DNA of 64,000 bases from a virus. Its lineage: Duplodnaviria > Heunggongvirae > Uroviricota > Caudoviricetes. Shown in pieces: positions 26,562 to 34,719 of the stretch; the first letter of the stretch is position 1; each line of letters starts with the position of its first letter. The position numbers and the translations under genes are program-made. Location of the stretch: IMG/VR virus record IMGVR_UViG_3300017705_000602; one strand, 5' to 3'. The notes beneath the pieces were generated by a model, which saw only the letters and a program-made list of their open reading frames with translations, was not told where the DNA came from and searched no databases.

Positions 26562-27957
26562 GGTCCTTGCACATGTTGTAAAAATCCATTAGTTCTGGGA
26601 ATGTCTTTTCGAAATCAGTTTCTCGTCTGCGATCATGCTCGTTAACGAACCGATAAAAGTCTTTTCGTGTTGTTTCAAGATCATAATGTTCGTCGGCGTG
26701 CTTAGGTGCTTTAATAAACTCAACAAATCGTTCAAGCTTTGCGATTTCGAAATCGAAGAACCCTTTGTAATGCGGTATTTTGTTTTCTTCATTGCCTTCT
26801 TCGTGTGCTCGCATATAATCAAGAGCAGGCTGCATCATGTCGGCATACTCAGGCGGCAATATGTTTGCACGTTGATGTCCTGGCCAACGTAGTATCGATG
26901 TATCAATTGTGATAGCAACCTTACGATACTTGTTAAAATGCTTAACTTTTAGCGTGTAAACATCTTCTAGTAAACGCTTGAAATTGGTTACACTAAAAAT
27001 GTTTGCTGTACACATTATAGTAAACTTGGTGCGCGGTAACTCGGTCATCATGCGATCGATGTTGTTGTACCACTGGTCGTAATCCAGTCCGTGTCTTGTG
27101 TACTCAGCTGGAGCACCATGAGTGTCAACACTGGTGTATACACGATTCATGCGTATTAGACCTTCAAGTACTTTTGCTTTTTCAATGTACTTGTTGATCC
27201 GTGTGTCTGATACGCCACCGTTAGTGTTTACACTGAATTCTAACGCAGGATTAGGATCCTGTATGATTGCATCCATTACTTTAAAAGTATTCTTTTCCAT
27301 TAACGGATCGCCGCCTGTGATTCGGAACACTCTGAGACTTTTACTTAGCTCAGGCCACCATTTCCAAAATGCATCAACGTAAGGATTATACTCGTCGTGC
27401 GGTATTGGTAACTGTCCGGTTTGTTCGAGCCAGTCGTAGCCATTAAAATGCTGACTAGTCGGATACGGTCCGTGCTTTTTGGATTCTGATACCCACTGCG
27501 ACGAATGCACCGGTGAGCAATACGAGCATTTAAAATTGCAATGATTCGAAAAGCTAACTTCAACATAAGTAGGCAATACATCAGCTTGCCAATCACTTTC
27601 TGCAACTTCTTGCATTTTGTCATTTGCCCAGGTGATATCACCCGACTTGATATATCGATCAGACAGTTGTTCGCCAGGTAAATCTTCAACATTCCAACAG
27701 TACTGGCACTCGCTTGGTCGTTCGCCTTCGAGCATTTTCTTTCGTTGTTCTTTCTTGTAGCTAGTGTTGTGCAATGCACTAGGATTATTTTCGACTTCTG
27801 CAAGTGGTATTTTATGTGTCTGAGGGTGGTGACAACTGTGGTTAAAACCATTTTGCAAATGTAGTGTTACTTGTAGCCATTTTGCAGTACAAAACGAAGG
27901 GCTAACCTGGTCGAGTTTGCCCTTGACTGATCGTAGTCTATCGACTTCACCTGTCAT
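26548..27957 (-). CDS. Radical SAM protein 6 (closest in motif pattern to rSAM 5)
   Basis: FCTAKW...SCHHP...CQYCW; CNFKCSYC; TGGDP. Confidence 0.92.
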   Translation of the reverse strand: MTGEVDRLRSVKGKLDQVSPSFCTAKWLQVTLHLQNGFNHSCHHPQTHKIPLAEVENNPSALHNTSYKKEQRKKMLEGERPSECQYCWNVEDLPGEQLSDRYIKSGDITWANDKMQEVAESDWQADVLPTYVEVSFSNHCNFKCSYCSPVHSSQWVSESKKHGPYPTSQHFNGYDWLEQTGQLPIPHDEYNPYVDAFWKWWPELSKSLRVFRITGGDPLMEKNTFKVMDAIIQDPNPALEFSVNTNGGVSDTRINKYIEKAKVLEGLIRMNRVYTSVDTHGAPAEYTRHGLDYDQWYNNIDRMMTELPRTKFTIMCTANIFSVTNFKRLLEDVYTLKVKHFNKYRKVAITIDTSILRWPGHQRANILPPEYADMMQPALDYMRAHEEGNEENKIPHYKGFFDFEIAKLERFVEFIKAPKHADEHYDLETTRKDFYRFVNEHDRRRETDFEKTFPELMDFYNMCKDLDND

Positions 27958-27973
27958 GCGAGTTCCTTGTGTG

Positions 27974-28960
27974 TTACGAGTTTAAATCTCTCAACTCGTT
28001 CATTTCGTCTTCGGTCACATATGACCCTGTGCGTGGCAAATTAATATATGCACTTTTAAAGAATCGACTTTGTGTGTCGTCGAGCTCAGCAATTTCCATG
28101 CCTGTTTCTTTGCGTATAATTTTGCCTAGGCGTACTATCTCTTCATCGAGTAGTCGCTTGCTCCAATGGTAGTCGGAGTTGATACAATAAAAGCTGTGCG
28201 TTTCTCTACTAGCAAACTTAGGACCTACTTCTTCGGCAAACAGTGTATTAAGATATTCAAAATCTCTTACATTAACAAAGTCCCAGTCTGTCAAGTTGGT
28301 CATGTAAAACCCAAGTCTTGCACCGTATATTGCCCATTCTCCATTGGCAGCATCGGCACCAACAGTTGACCAAATAATCAAGCGATTGTAGTTACCCCAC
28401 CAAATGTTATCTTTGATGTTTTTGTAATTAACTTTGTCGCCTTGGTCCAGCGACATTTTTACACCTTCTCTAAAGCCTGCACGAAATGCTTGGCGTGGAG
28501 AACCGTTTGGGTATGTGGTGCAAAAACGATTATTCATCTGAACATACGTATCTTCCCAGCAAAAGTCAACCTGATTTTTTTCATCTTCGGCAGCTTCGTG
28601 CGTTTTCATATTGAGTACGTATTCAACTGGCCAACACTTGAGTCCACCGTTACCGTACTCAAGTCCGTTGACTGCATTCTTGGCAGTCCAACTAACAACT
28701 TTGTCTTTAAACTTAGGATGCTCAAAGTCAATCTTTTGATCAAAGAATTCTAAATCGACAATGTTATCTGCGTCGACACTGATAAAGCGTTCTGTTTCGC
28801 TTTCGCGTGCTGCCGCTTTGTGTGCCGCATCAGAGCCTTCAACACCGTGTACACGTTTTGCCCATGGTACTTTTGTTAATAAGTCAGCCCAGTTTTGTTC
28901 GCAGTTGTCTTCGTCGTAGCTGATAAACACTACATCTAATTCGTTAAGTTCTGTTGTCAT
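27974..28960 (-). CDS. GT-A-fold glycosyltransferase-like protein
   Basis: VFISYDE, RVHGV.G..AAH..AA, DxD motif VDADN. Confidence 0.7.
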   Translation of the reverse strand: MTTELNELDVVFISYDEDNCEQNWADLLTKVPWAKRVHGVEGSDAAHKAAARESETERFISVDADNIVDLEFFDQKIDFEHPKFKDKVVSWTAKNAVNGLEYGNGGLKCWPVEYVLNMKTHEAAEDEKNQVDFCWEDTYVQMNNRFCTTYPNGSPRQAFRAGFREGVKMSLDQGDKVNYKNIKDNIWWGNYNRLIIWSTVGADAANGEWAIYGARLGFYMTNLTDWDFVNVRDFEYLNTLFAEEVGPKFASRETHSFYCINSDYHWSKRLLDEEIVRLGKIIRKETGMEIAELDDTQSRFFKSAYINLPRTGSYVTEDEMNELRDLNS

Positions 28961-29541
28961 GTGTACATTAGTTTCCTATAGTGATATTTGCCTAACACTT
29001 TCTTTGTGAATAAAGTTGCATTATTTAGCTCGTCGCCATGGTGTTCTAAATTAACAAACACTTGCCCGTCTTTTAACTCAGCAACAGGAACGTCAAACTT
29101 GCATATTAGTAAGTTAGGATCACCAAACATAGTAAAGTAAAATGTCAGTTCTCTAAAATTAGCAACCAACGTTTTCTTCATTCTGGTGTCAGCTGAATTG
29201 CCTGTTCCTGACATTGTAACACGTAAATGCTTTCTTCGCACGTCATGCTCAATCATTATATCGTGATCGTTATGGTGCTCGTTTGTAACTTCAGTTAAAA
29301 AACGATTAATTGTGCTAATTTCGTCTTTTTCAGCTTCCTTAGACACAAACTTAAAGTTGTTTGTTTCTTTGTCTTGCACTACTGCATATCGATGTATGTT
29401 CTTTTCGCCTATCAAGAAAGGCCGAACTTCATCAACTGCGAACTCTGCAGACCGTAAGTCTTCAAGTTTTGAGTTTGCAACTGGTGTAATAGACATGATG
29501 TTACCATCTTCGTCGAAGTATACAAACATGTTATTTTTCAT
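28957..29541 (-). CDS. Hypothetical protein
   Basis: Translationally coupled within the operon. Confidence 0.75.
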   Translation of the reverse strand: MKNNMFVYFDEDGNIMSITPVANSKLEDLRSAEFAVDEVRPFLIGEKNIHRYAVVQDKETNNFKFVSKEAEKDEISTINRFLTEVTNEHHNDHDIMIEHDVRRKHLRVTMSGTGNSADTRMKKTLVANFRELTFYFTMFGDPNLLICKFDVPVAELKDGQVFVNLEHHGDELNNATLFTKKVLGKYHYRKLMYT

Positions 29542-30397
29542 AATAGATATCCTCGAGACGTTCGATAATCACATCGTTTAACCAAGACTTGTCATGATAA
29601 TGCACAGGATAAAATTGTTTAAAATTTCCTATCTTGAGATCGCCATTAGTTTTAAAGTAGCTTGGTATATGTTTAGTCCATTCTTCTGAAGGTATTGTAT
29701 TATTATGATCTTGCAGTTGCGATTTCATGTGTACAAATGTTGGTGTATTGGCCAACGGCTGTGTAAACTCGTGTTCTAGTCCTAACAATTTTATTGCCAG
29801 TGCATACGCAACGTCACCAGATAACCAGTCGGGCTTGGTGTTATCTAAGAACTCAAAGTAAAACTTTTCCCAGTTCTGAAATATCAGTTCGACCAGTTTG
29901 AACAGCTCGGCTACTTTTTCCGTTTTCTTAAAGTATGCAAATGCGGTATAAATGTTCGGTAGCTGATTGCTCGTGAATGTTTTTCGATAATAATCCGAAG
30001 TAACATCGGTGCCTCTGTATGTTTTTACATTGGTAGTGAACCAAGCTTCGTGTTGTGCAAAATGTTCCCACCAAAAGCTTACATCGCCAGTAAATATCAT
30101 GTCGGTATCAAGAATAACAGTTTCGTCAAACGGTGACATGTAATAATACTTCCATTTGTTTTGTATTTTCCAGCTGTGTCCTTTTGCATGATCGGTCCAC
30201 GGTATTTCAACTACATGATCAAACACTTCTCTGTACTGCTTTGTGATTAACAGTTTGGCCCCGGGTTCAACTGCAATTGCAAACTTGTTAACTGTCTTTT
30301 GCGTGTTCTTTATGCTTAGAGCCAGCGCGTATGCTTGTTTGATGTAATCGGTGTCGTCTGAGTTTTGTGCAATAACAAGATAACCTTTATTACTCAC
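29531..30397 (-). CDS. GT8-like glycosyltransferase
   Basis: Y...A..LA.SIK, SPFDET..LDTD (DxD), D.AYA.A, FVHMK. Confidence 0.72.
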   Translation of the reverse strand: MSNKGYLVIAQNSDDTDYIKQAYALALSIKNTQKTVNKFAIAVEPGAKLLITKQYREVFDHVVEIPWTDHAKGHSWKIQNKWKYYYMSPFDETVILDTDMIFTGDVSFWWEHFAQHEAWFTTNVKTYRGTDVTSDYYRKTFTSNQLPNIYTAFAYFKKTEKVAELFKLVELIFQNWEKFYFEFLDNTKPDWLSGDVAYALAIKLLGLEHEFTQPLANTPTFVHMKSQLQDHNNTIPSEEWTKHIPSYFKTNGDLKIGNFKQFYPVHYHDKSWLNDVIIERLEDIYYEK

Positions 30398-31277
30398 TGT
30401 ACAACTCCTTTAGTTTATCGTAATTGCGCAATACTGCCCATTTGTTCATGATGTGAACATCCATGTCACGGAACCTCGAAACAATGTAGTCACCGCTACA
30501 ATTAGGCTTTTCAAGTAGCAAAGTAACATCGTTTTCACCATTAACAGAAACAATATCGTCATTGTCGAACGATTTGTAAATAGCAGGTATTGGCAACTGT
30601 TTAATCAAGTCACTGTTACTGAACCCGTTCATTATATGCACTGCAATACTAAACGCATAATCGTTACGGAACATTGAGTTTGGTGTACTATATAAATCTC
30701 GATAATACTTGTAGTTCTCGTATATGTATTTCACCATATAAAACAAGTGCTCTGCAAGTTCCGATTTTTTAAAGTATATGCACGTTGCCCAATACGTATC
30801 GATCCCTGATTTACCAACAGTGGTGTTTTCTTGCACTCTGCCAAAATATAACTCTTGTATATCTTTGTTGATCATGACTTCATGATCTGAGCCCCAGCAT
30901 CTATTCAAAGCATCGCTCATTATCAGGTAGTCAGCGTCGATAAACAATGTTTCGTCATACGGTGATAACTCGTATGCTTTCCAGTGGTCGCAATTGTAGA
31001 AAGGCAAATGCTTTACAGTGTACACCGTGTCTCTGAATGCGCGTACATTGTGCTGTTTATACACGTAGTCTGCGCCTTCGACAATGATGTGCTCAAAGCA
31101 ATCTTGCATGTACGACTCACCGAGCGATTGTTTAGCCCAGGAATACGTGCCTTCGTCTGTAACTAATGTAACACCAACATCAAGGTTACGTTTTATCATG
31201 ATTGCATTTAGTGCGGCAATCTTTACGTAATCAATTTCCTCGTTGTTGTGTGCAAACATCATTGCACCCTTTGACAT
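30390..31277 (-). CDS. GT8-like glycosyltransferase (paralogue of the downstream gene)
   Basis: SPYDETLFIDAD, FRND.AFSIA, D.H.MNK. Confidence 0.72.
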   Translation of the reverse strand: MSKGAMMFAHNNEEIDYVKIAALNAIMIKRNLDVGVTLVTDEGTYSWAKQSLGESYMQDCFEHIIVEGADYVYKQHNVRAFRDTVYTVKHLPFYNCDHWKAYELSPYDETLFIDADYLIMSDALNRCWGSDHEVMINKDIQELYFGRVQENTTVGKSGIDTYWATCIYFKKSELAEHLFYMVKYIYENYKYYRDLYSTPNSMFRNDYAFSIAVHIMNGFSNSDLIKQLPIPAIYKSFDNDDIVSVNGENDVTLLLEKPNCSGDYIVSRFRDMDVHIMNKWAVLRNYDKLKELYSE

Positions 31278-31280
31278 TGA

Positions 31281-31628
31281 TTATTTTCCTATAAGTTTTT
31301 TAACTGAACGGGACTTGCGAATTTTTTCATATTGCGTTAAGTAATCGTTTGTTACTTCTGCATATCGTGAAAGTAAGTCAACCTGAAAGTCTTCTAAGTC
31401 GCTTATTAAGATTGGAGTATTGTTAACGTCGAGCAACACAGATTCTGCTTGCCCTTTTGATATTAAAAGTTCCACGAATGTAATAAGCTCAGGAGCAACC
31501 TTGAATGTACCGCCATTGATCGACAGCATCAATTTCGCTTCAACTTGCGATCTGAGAGCTTGCATCTGGTTATTTAATGTTTCGCGATACTGCGAAAATT
31601 CGAGGGCTTTTTCTAATTTAGGATCCAT
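31281..31628 (-). CDS. Hypothetical protein heading the tailoring operon
   Basis: AAGGA SD; late promoter upstream. Confidence 0.8.
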   Translation of the reverse strand: MDPKLEKALEFSQYRETLNNQMQALRSQVEAKLMLSINGGTFKVAPELITFVELLISKGQAESVLLDVNNTPILISDLEDFQVDLLSRYAEVTNDYLTQYEKIRKSRSVKKLIGK

Positions 31629-31685
31629 GTATTGTCCTTCTGTGTTTGTAGTTTAAGCTATTTATACAGAAGGCAATACAGGATC
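31622..31685 (-). promoter_or_regulatory. Late promoter TATAAATA (31659-31666) inside an RBS-occluding inverted repeat
   Basis: The 5' arm GATCCTGTATTGCCTTCTGTAT pairs with ACACAGAAGGACAATACATGGATC, which contains the SD and ATG. Confidence 0.8.
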
Positions 31686-31692
31686 TTTTAGA

Positions 31693-32601
31693 TTATGATA
31701 TTGAACCTGCGTTTATCGTAGGCGATACTGTAGTTATAACACCTGTATCGTTTTCGAGCAACGATAACTCACTGTTTAACGTAAGGTCAATGACATTACC
31801 ACCGCTTGGCGTAACAAACGACAATGTAAAGATAATTTGCGTTGCAGACCCTGCCGTAGTGTTTAGTCGTGCTTGTATTCTGTACTGCTCCGAAGAATAC
31901 CCAGGCGGTACGTATGAAAACACTTGCAGATTAGACGATGTGAGATCGTAGAACCCGTTACCTGTGCCACCGACGCCACCACTTGATGTTGTACCTCCTG
32001 GACGAAACGAAATCAAGCCTACTGCGGCAGCCATTGCAATCCAGTTATCTTCTGTAGTGTTATTCGGTGTTCCAGTAAACGAAAATGAAAATCTTATTGT
32101 GCCACCGGCATTGAAGAAGTAACGCATCTGATTCCAGCTAGCAAAAGTAGCTGTAATAGTTTGTGTGCGCGTTCCGTCCCAGTTGCCGCCTTGGCTAACA
32201 GTTGTTGTACTCGATGCTGTACTTTGGCTGGCATCAACATTAAAGCGGTTGGCTCTAATAGTGTTTATTGCTGCCTGTATATCATCGGGCGTAGAGGCAC
32301 TTGGTCTTGCAACACCGTTAAGCGCAATGACATCAGCACCGACATTAACAGATGCCGGTAAGCTAATTGACGTTCCTTGGTGCGTAGCGCAATCGTCGAT
32401 TGCACCCAGCAAGCTGTTCCATTGTGCCGCAGTTACCGTGTTTCCGATTGCTACGCCAGTAAGCGAAGATTGTCCGTATCCGTAACCACCGTTAGCCAAG
32501 CCAGTACCACCGGAGTTAGTATCGGCAATTACTTCGTTTACCTGCGATATAAAGCCGTTGTAATCGCTTGCGTCAATTCTACCTTGAAATGAATATGCCA
32601 T
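31693..32601 (-). CDS. Virion structural protein (tail-fibre/baseplate associated)
   Basis: G/S/T/N-rich; MAY..G..I.A.DYN, GYGQ, YFFNAGG; position in the tail module. Confidence 0.7.
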   Translation of the reverse strand: MAYSFQGRIDASDYNGFISQVNEVIADTNSGGTGLANGGYGYGQSSLTGVAIGNTVTAAQWNSLLGAIDDCATHQGTSISLPASVNVGADVIALNGVARPSASTPDDIQAAINTIRANRFNVDASQSTASSTTTVSQGGNWDGTRTQTITATFASWNQMRYFFNAGGTIRFSFSFTGTPNNTTEDNWIAMAAAVGLISFRPGGTTSSGGVGGTGNGFYDLTSSNLQVFSYVPPGYSSEQYRIQARLNTTAGSATQIIFTLSFVTPSGGNVIDLTLNSELSLLENDTGVITTVSPTINAGSIS

Positions 32602-32603
32602 TA

Positions 32604-33902
32604 TTATCTAGCTCCAAATGCTGTCCAGACTAACGATTCATCCTCTGTAGTTTTATCTTCAAGTGCTCGTCCAATGTAGTTAAACATTGTCAGTTTCGAT
32701 TTTTCAGCTGCCTGTGCAACACCAGCAACATCAGAACTTGTTAGTCTATCGCCTTTATTTACTTTACCTTTTACACGAACAGGTGTTCGTCCAACAAGCG
32801 TGATTGCTGGCATAAAGTCTAATTGATCAGTGATATTGTTTAGAATAAAGGCTGGATTTGCCGCCACAATCCCGAATATATCATCTGAATATGACTCAGT
32901 AGTTTCGGTAACTTCTTGGTCGCCACCTACGGCAACAACTGTACCTATTTCGTACACTTTGTCGGCACTGAAACGTTCCGCGATATCCGCGTATGTTGCT
33001 TCAACTGTACCTGTACCTAGTTCAATAGCACCGTCAACTGTCCATGTACCGTCAATTGTCCATGCACCGCCGAATGAGCCGCCGCCTAGTAGTTGGAATC
33101 CAGCGCCAGTTGTCCAGTCGCCTTCGATTGTAGCCGAGCCGCCGCTTGCAGTTAATGTGTTAGTCTCAACACCATCGCCTAAAATTATTGCGCCATCTGG
33201 TACATTAATAGCAGATCCCGCATTGTTGCGATATGCTTCAATACGTCCGGTGTTTGCATAAATTACATTGAAGTATCCAGCCGGAACACGAGTCCCTGAC
33301 GTACCAATTGAACTTGCACTAAGAGTATAAGCACCGTTGCCGATATCAATAGTGCCGGTGTTAAGCTGACTGCTAATTGTAACTTCGCCACCTGGGCCAG
33401 TGATAGTATCAACTGTTAATCCAGCTGGCGCAGTAATAACCACGTTACCAGATGCATCAATTGTTACGGCACCTGCGCCAAATGTAGCAGTAGTCGAGTT
33501 GATATCATCGGAAAAGATTGTTGCAACACGTTCGCCTGATGTACCGACACTGTTAGCAGTAATCGTAGTAGCATCAAGACCGTCTACTTCGATGGTGCCA
33601 CCACCGCCGCCACCGGCTGTTAGTATTGAGTTCCATTGTGTACCGTCGTATACACTTAATGTATTTGTACTTGGTTTATACCAAAGTTGCCCTGCAACGG
33701 AAACACCCGAAACATTCGGGTTCGCATCCGGAGCCGACTCTGCCGCAAAGTTTTCGATTAATCGTACAAAGTTCTGTGCAATTGGAGCACCGTAGTCTGC
33801 GCGATTTCGACCGATAAGCTGTAAGTTACTGTCGATGTTGTTGATTTGTCCATCGTTGACTGTAACTGTAGTTCCATCGGATTTGTTAATTTCGTAAGCC
33901 AT
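32604..33902 (-). CDS. Tail fibre/spike protein with C-terminal intramolecular-chaperone (peptidase G2-like) domain
   Basis: N-terminal LIGRN...YG...AQNFV...ENFA...GQLWY; C-terminal YADIAERF...GTVV..GG...GR.PVRV.G...KGD.L. Confidence 0.75.
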   Translation of the reverse strand: MAYEINKSDGTTVTVNDGQINNIDSNLQLIGRNRADYGAPIAQNFVRLIENFAAESAPDANPNVSGVSVAGQLWYKPSTNTLSVYDGTQWNSILTAGGGGGGTIEVDGLDATTITANSVGTSGERVATIFSDDINSTTATFGAGAVTIDASGNVVITAPAGLTVDTITGPGGEVTISSQLNTGTIDIGNGAYTLSASSIGTSGTRVPAGYFNVIYANTGRIEAYRNNAGSAINVPDGAIILGDGVETNTLTASGGSATIEGDWTTGAGFQLLGGGSFGGAWTIDGTWTVDGAIELGTGTVEATYADIAERFSADKVYEIGTVVAVGGDQEVTETTESYSDDIFGIVAANPAFILNNITDQLDFMPAITLVGRTPVRVKGKVNKGDRLTSSDVAGVAQAAEKSKLTMFNYIGRALEDKTTEDESLVWTAFGAR

Positions 33903-33904
33903 CC

Positions 33905-34573
33905 TTAACTTCCCATCTGAATTCTTAATCTATATGTTATTTCGAGTGTCCTGTTCTGCGATTTTTGAACTGGATGAAAGATAACGTGAGTTATCATTGT
34001 TGGTCTATTTTCGGACGTGTCCGTTAAGAATCCAGTAACATCGCTAGGGTCGGTCAAATTACCCTTGTTTTTTACACCGGTATACAGTGCAATTTCATTA
34101 AACACAAAATCGGTTGTAGTCGAAGTTTCGTCATTAACACCGTCAGCTATGTCAATCAGTTGTTGACCATTTGGCATATCGTTTGTTAACGTTACAACAA
34201 CTGCAATATCTTCATAGTTGTTAACACCACCGCCAGTATTGGCTTCGCGTGTTGCATTACTCTGGTTATCCGAGTTATAGTTTTCAATTTCGTAAACAAA
34301 CACAGTGTTATATAACTGTGCTGAAGGCACCTTGGTGTTGCTCACGTTCGGTTGGTTGTAAAGAATTTGGCCTGTGTTGTCTACAGACACGCCTCCGTTT
34401 CCAAAAGCCATGTACGTTATAAACGACGATGGCTTACCGATAAGTGCTTCAGCAATTTTAGTTGATATATTACCAAAGTGTATTGCATTCGGTTTATCAA
34501 CTAACACTTCGCCGGATTCTTTATCGGCGATTGTAATGTGTCCTTTGATATTCGCTGTGCTGGTATCGAACAT
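33905..34573 (-). CDS. Baseplate/tail-associated structural protein
   Basis: NAIH, MAFGNGG, FNEIAL, HVIFHPVQKS.NR...I.Y.LRI. Confidence 0.7.
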   Translation of the reverse strand: MFDTSTANIKGHITIADKESGEVLVDKPNAIHFGNISTKIAEALIGKPSSFITYMAFGNGGVSVDNTGQILYNQPNVSNTKVPSAQLYNTVFVYEIENYNSDNQSNATREANTGGGVNNYEDIAVVVTLTNDMPNGQQLIDIADGVNDETSTTTDFVFNEIALYTGVKNKGNLTDPSDVTGFLTDTSENRPTMITHVIFHPVQKSQNRTLEITYRLRIQMGS

Positions 34574-34574
34574 C

Positions 34575-34706
34575 TTATCCTCTTCGGTTAACTATTATTT
34601 CGCCAGACTTTTTGTCTTTAATGACAAGGTGTGCAATACAATCGCACACCGCATGATCATCTGGCTTTTTGTCATTATTTTTATTACTACTTGCTTTATT
34701 TATCAT
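34575..34706 (-). CDS. Small protein (43 aa) below the ORF-track cut-off
   Basis: MINKASSNKNNDKKPDDHAVCDCIAHLVIKDKKSGEIIVNRRG fills the gap exactly; a GATAAATA late-promoter motif overlaps its start (34697-34704). Confidence 0.65.
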   Translation of the reverse strand: MINKASSNKNNDKKPDDHAVCDCIAHLVIKDKKSGEIIVNRRG

Positions 34707-34719
34707 AAAAATTTACCCC

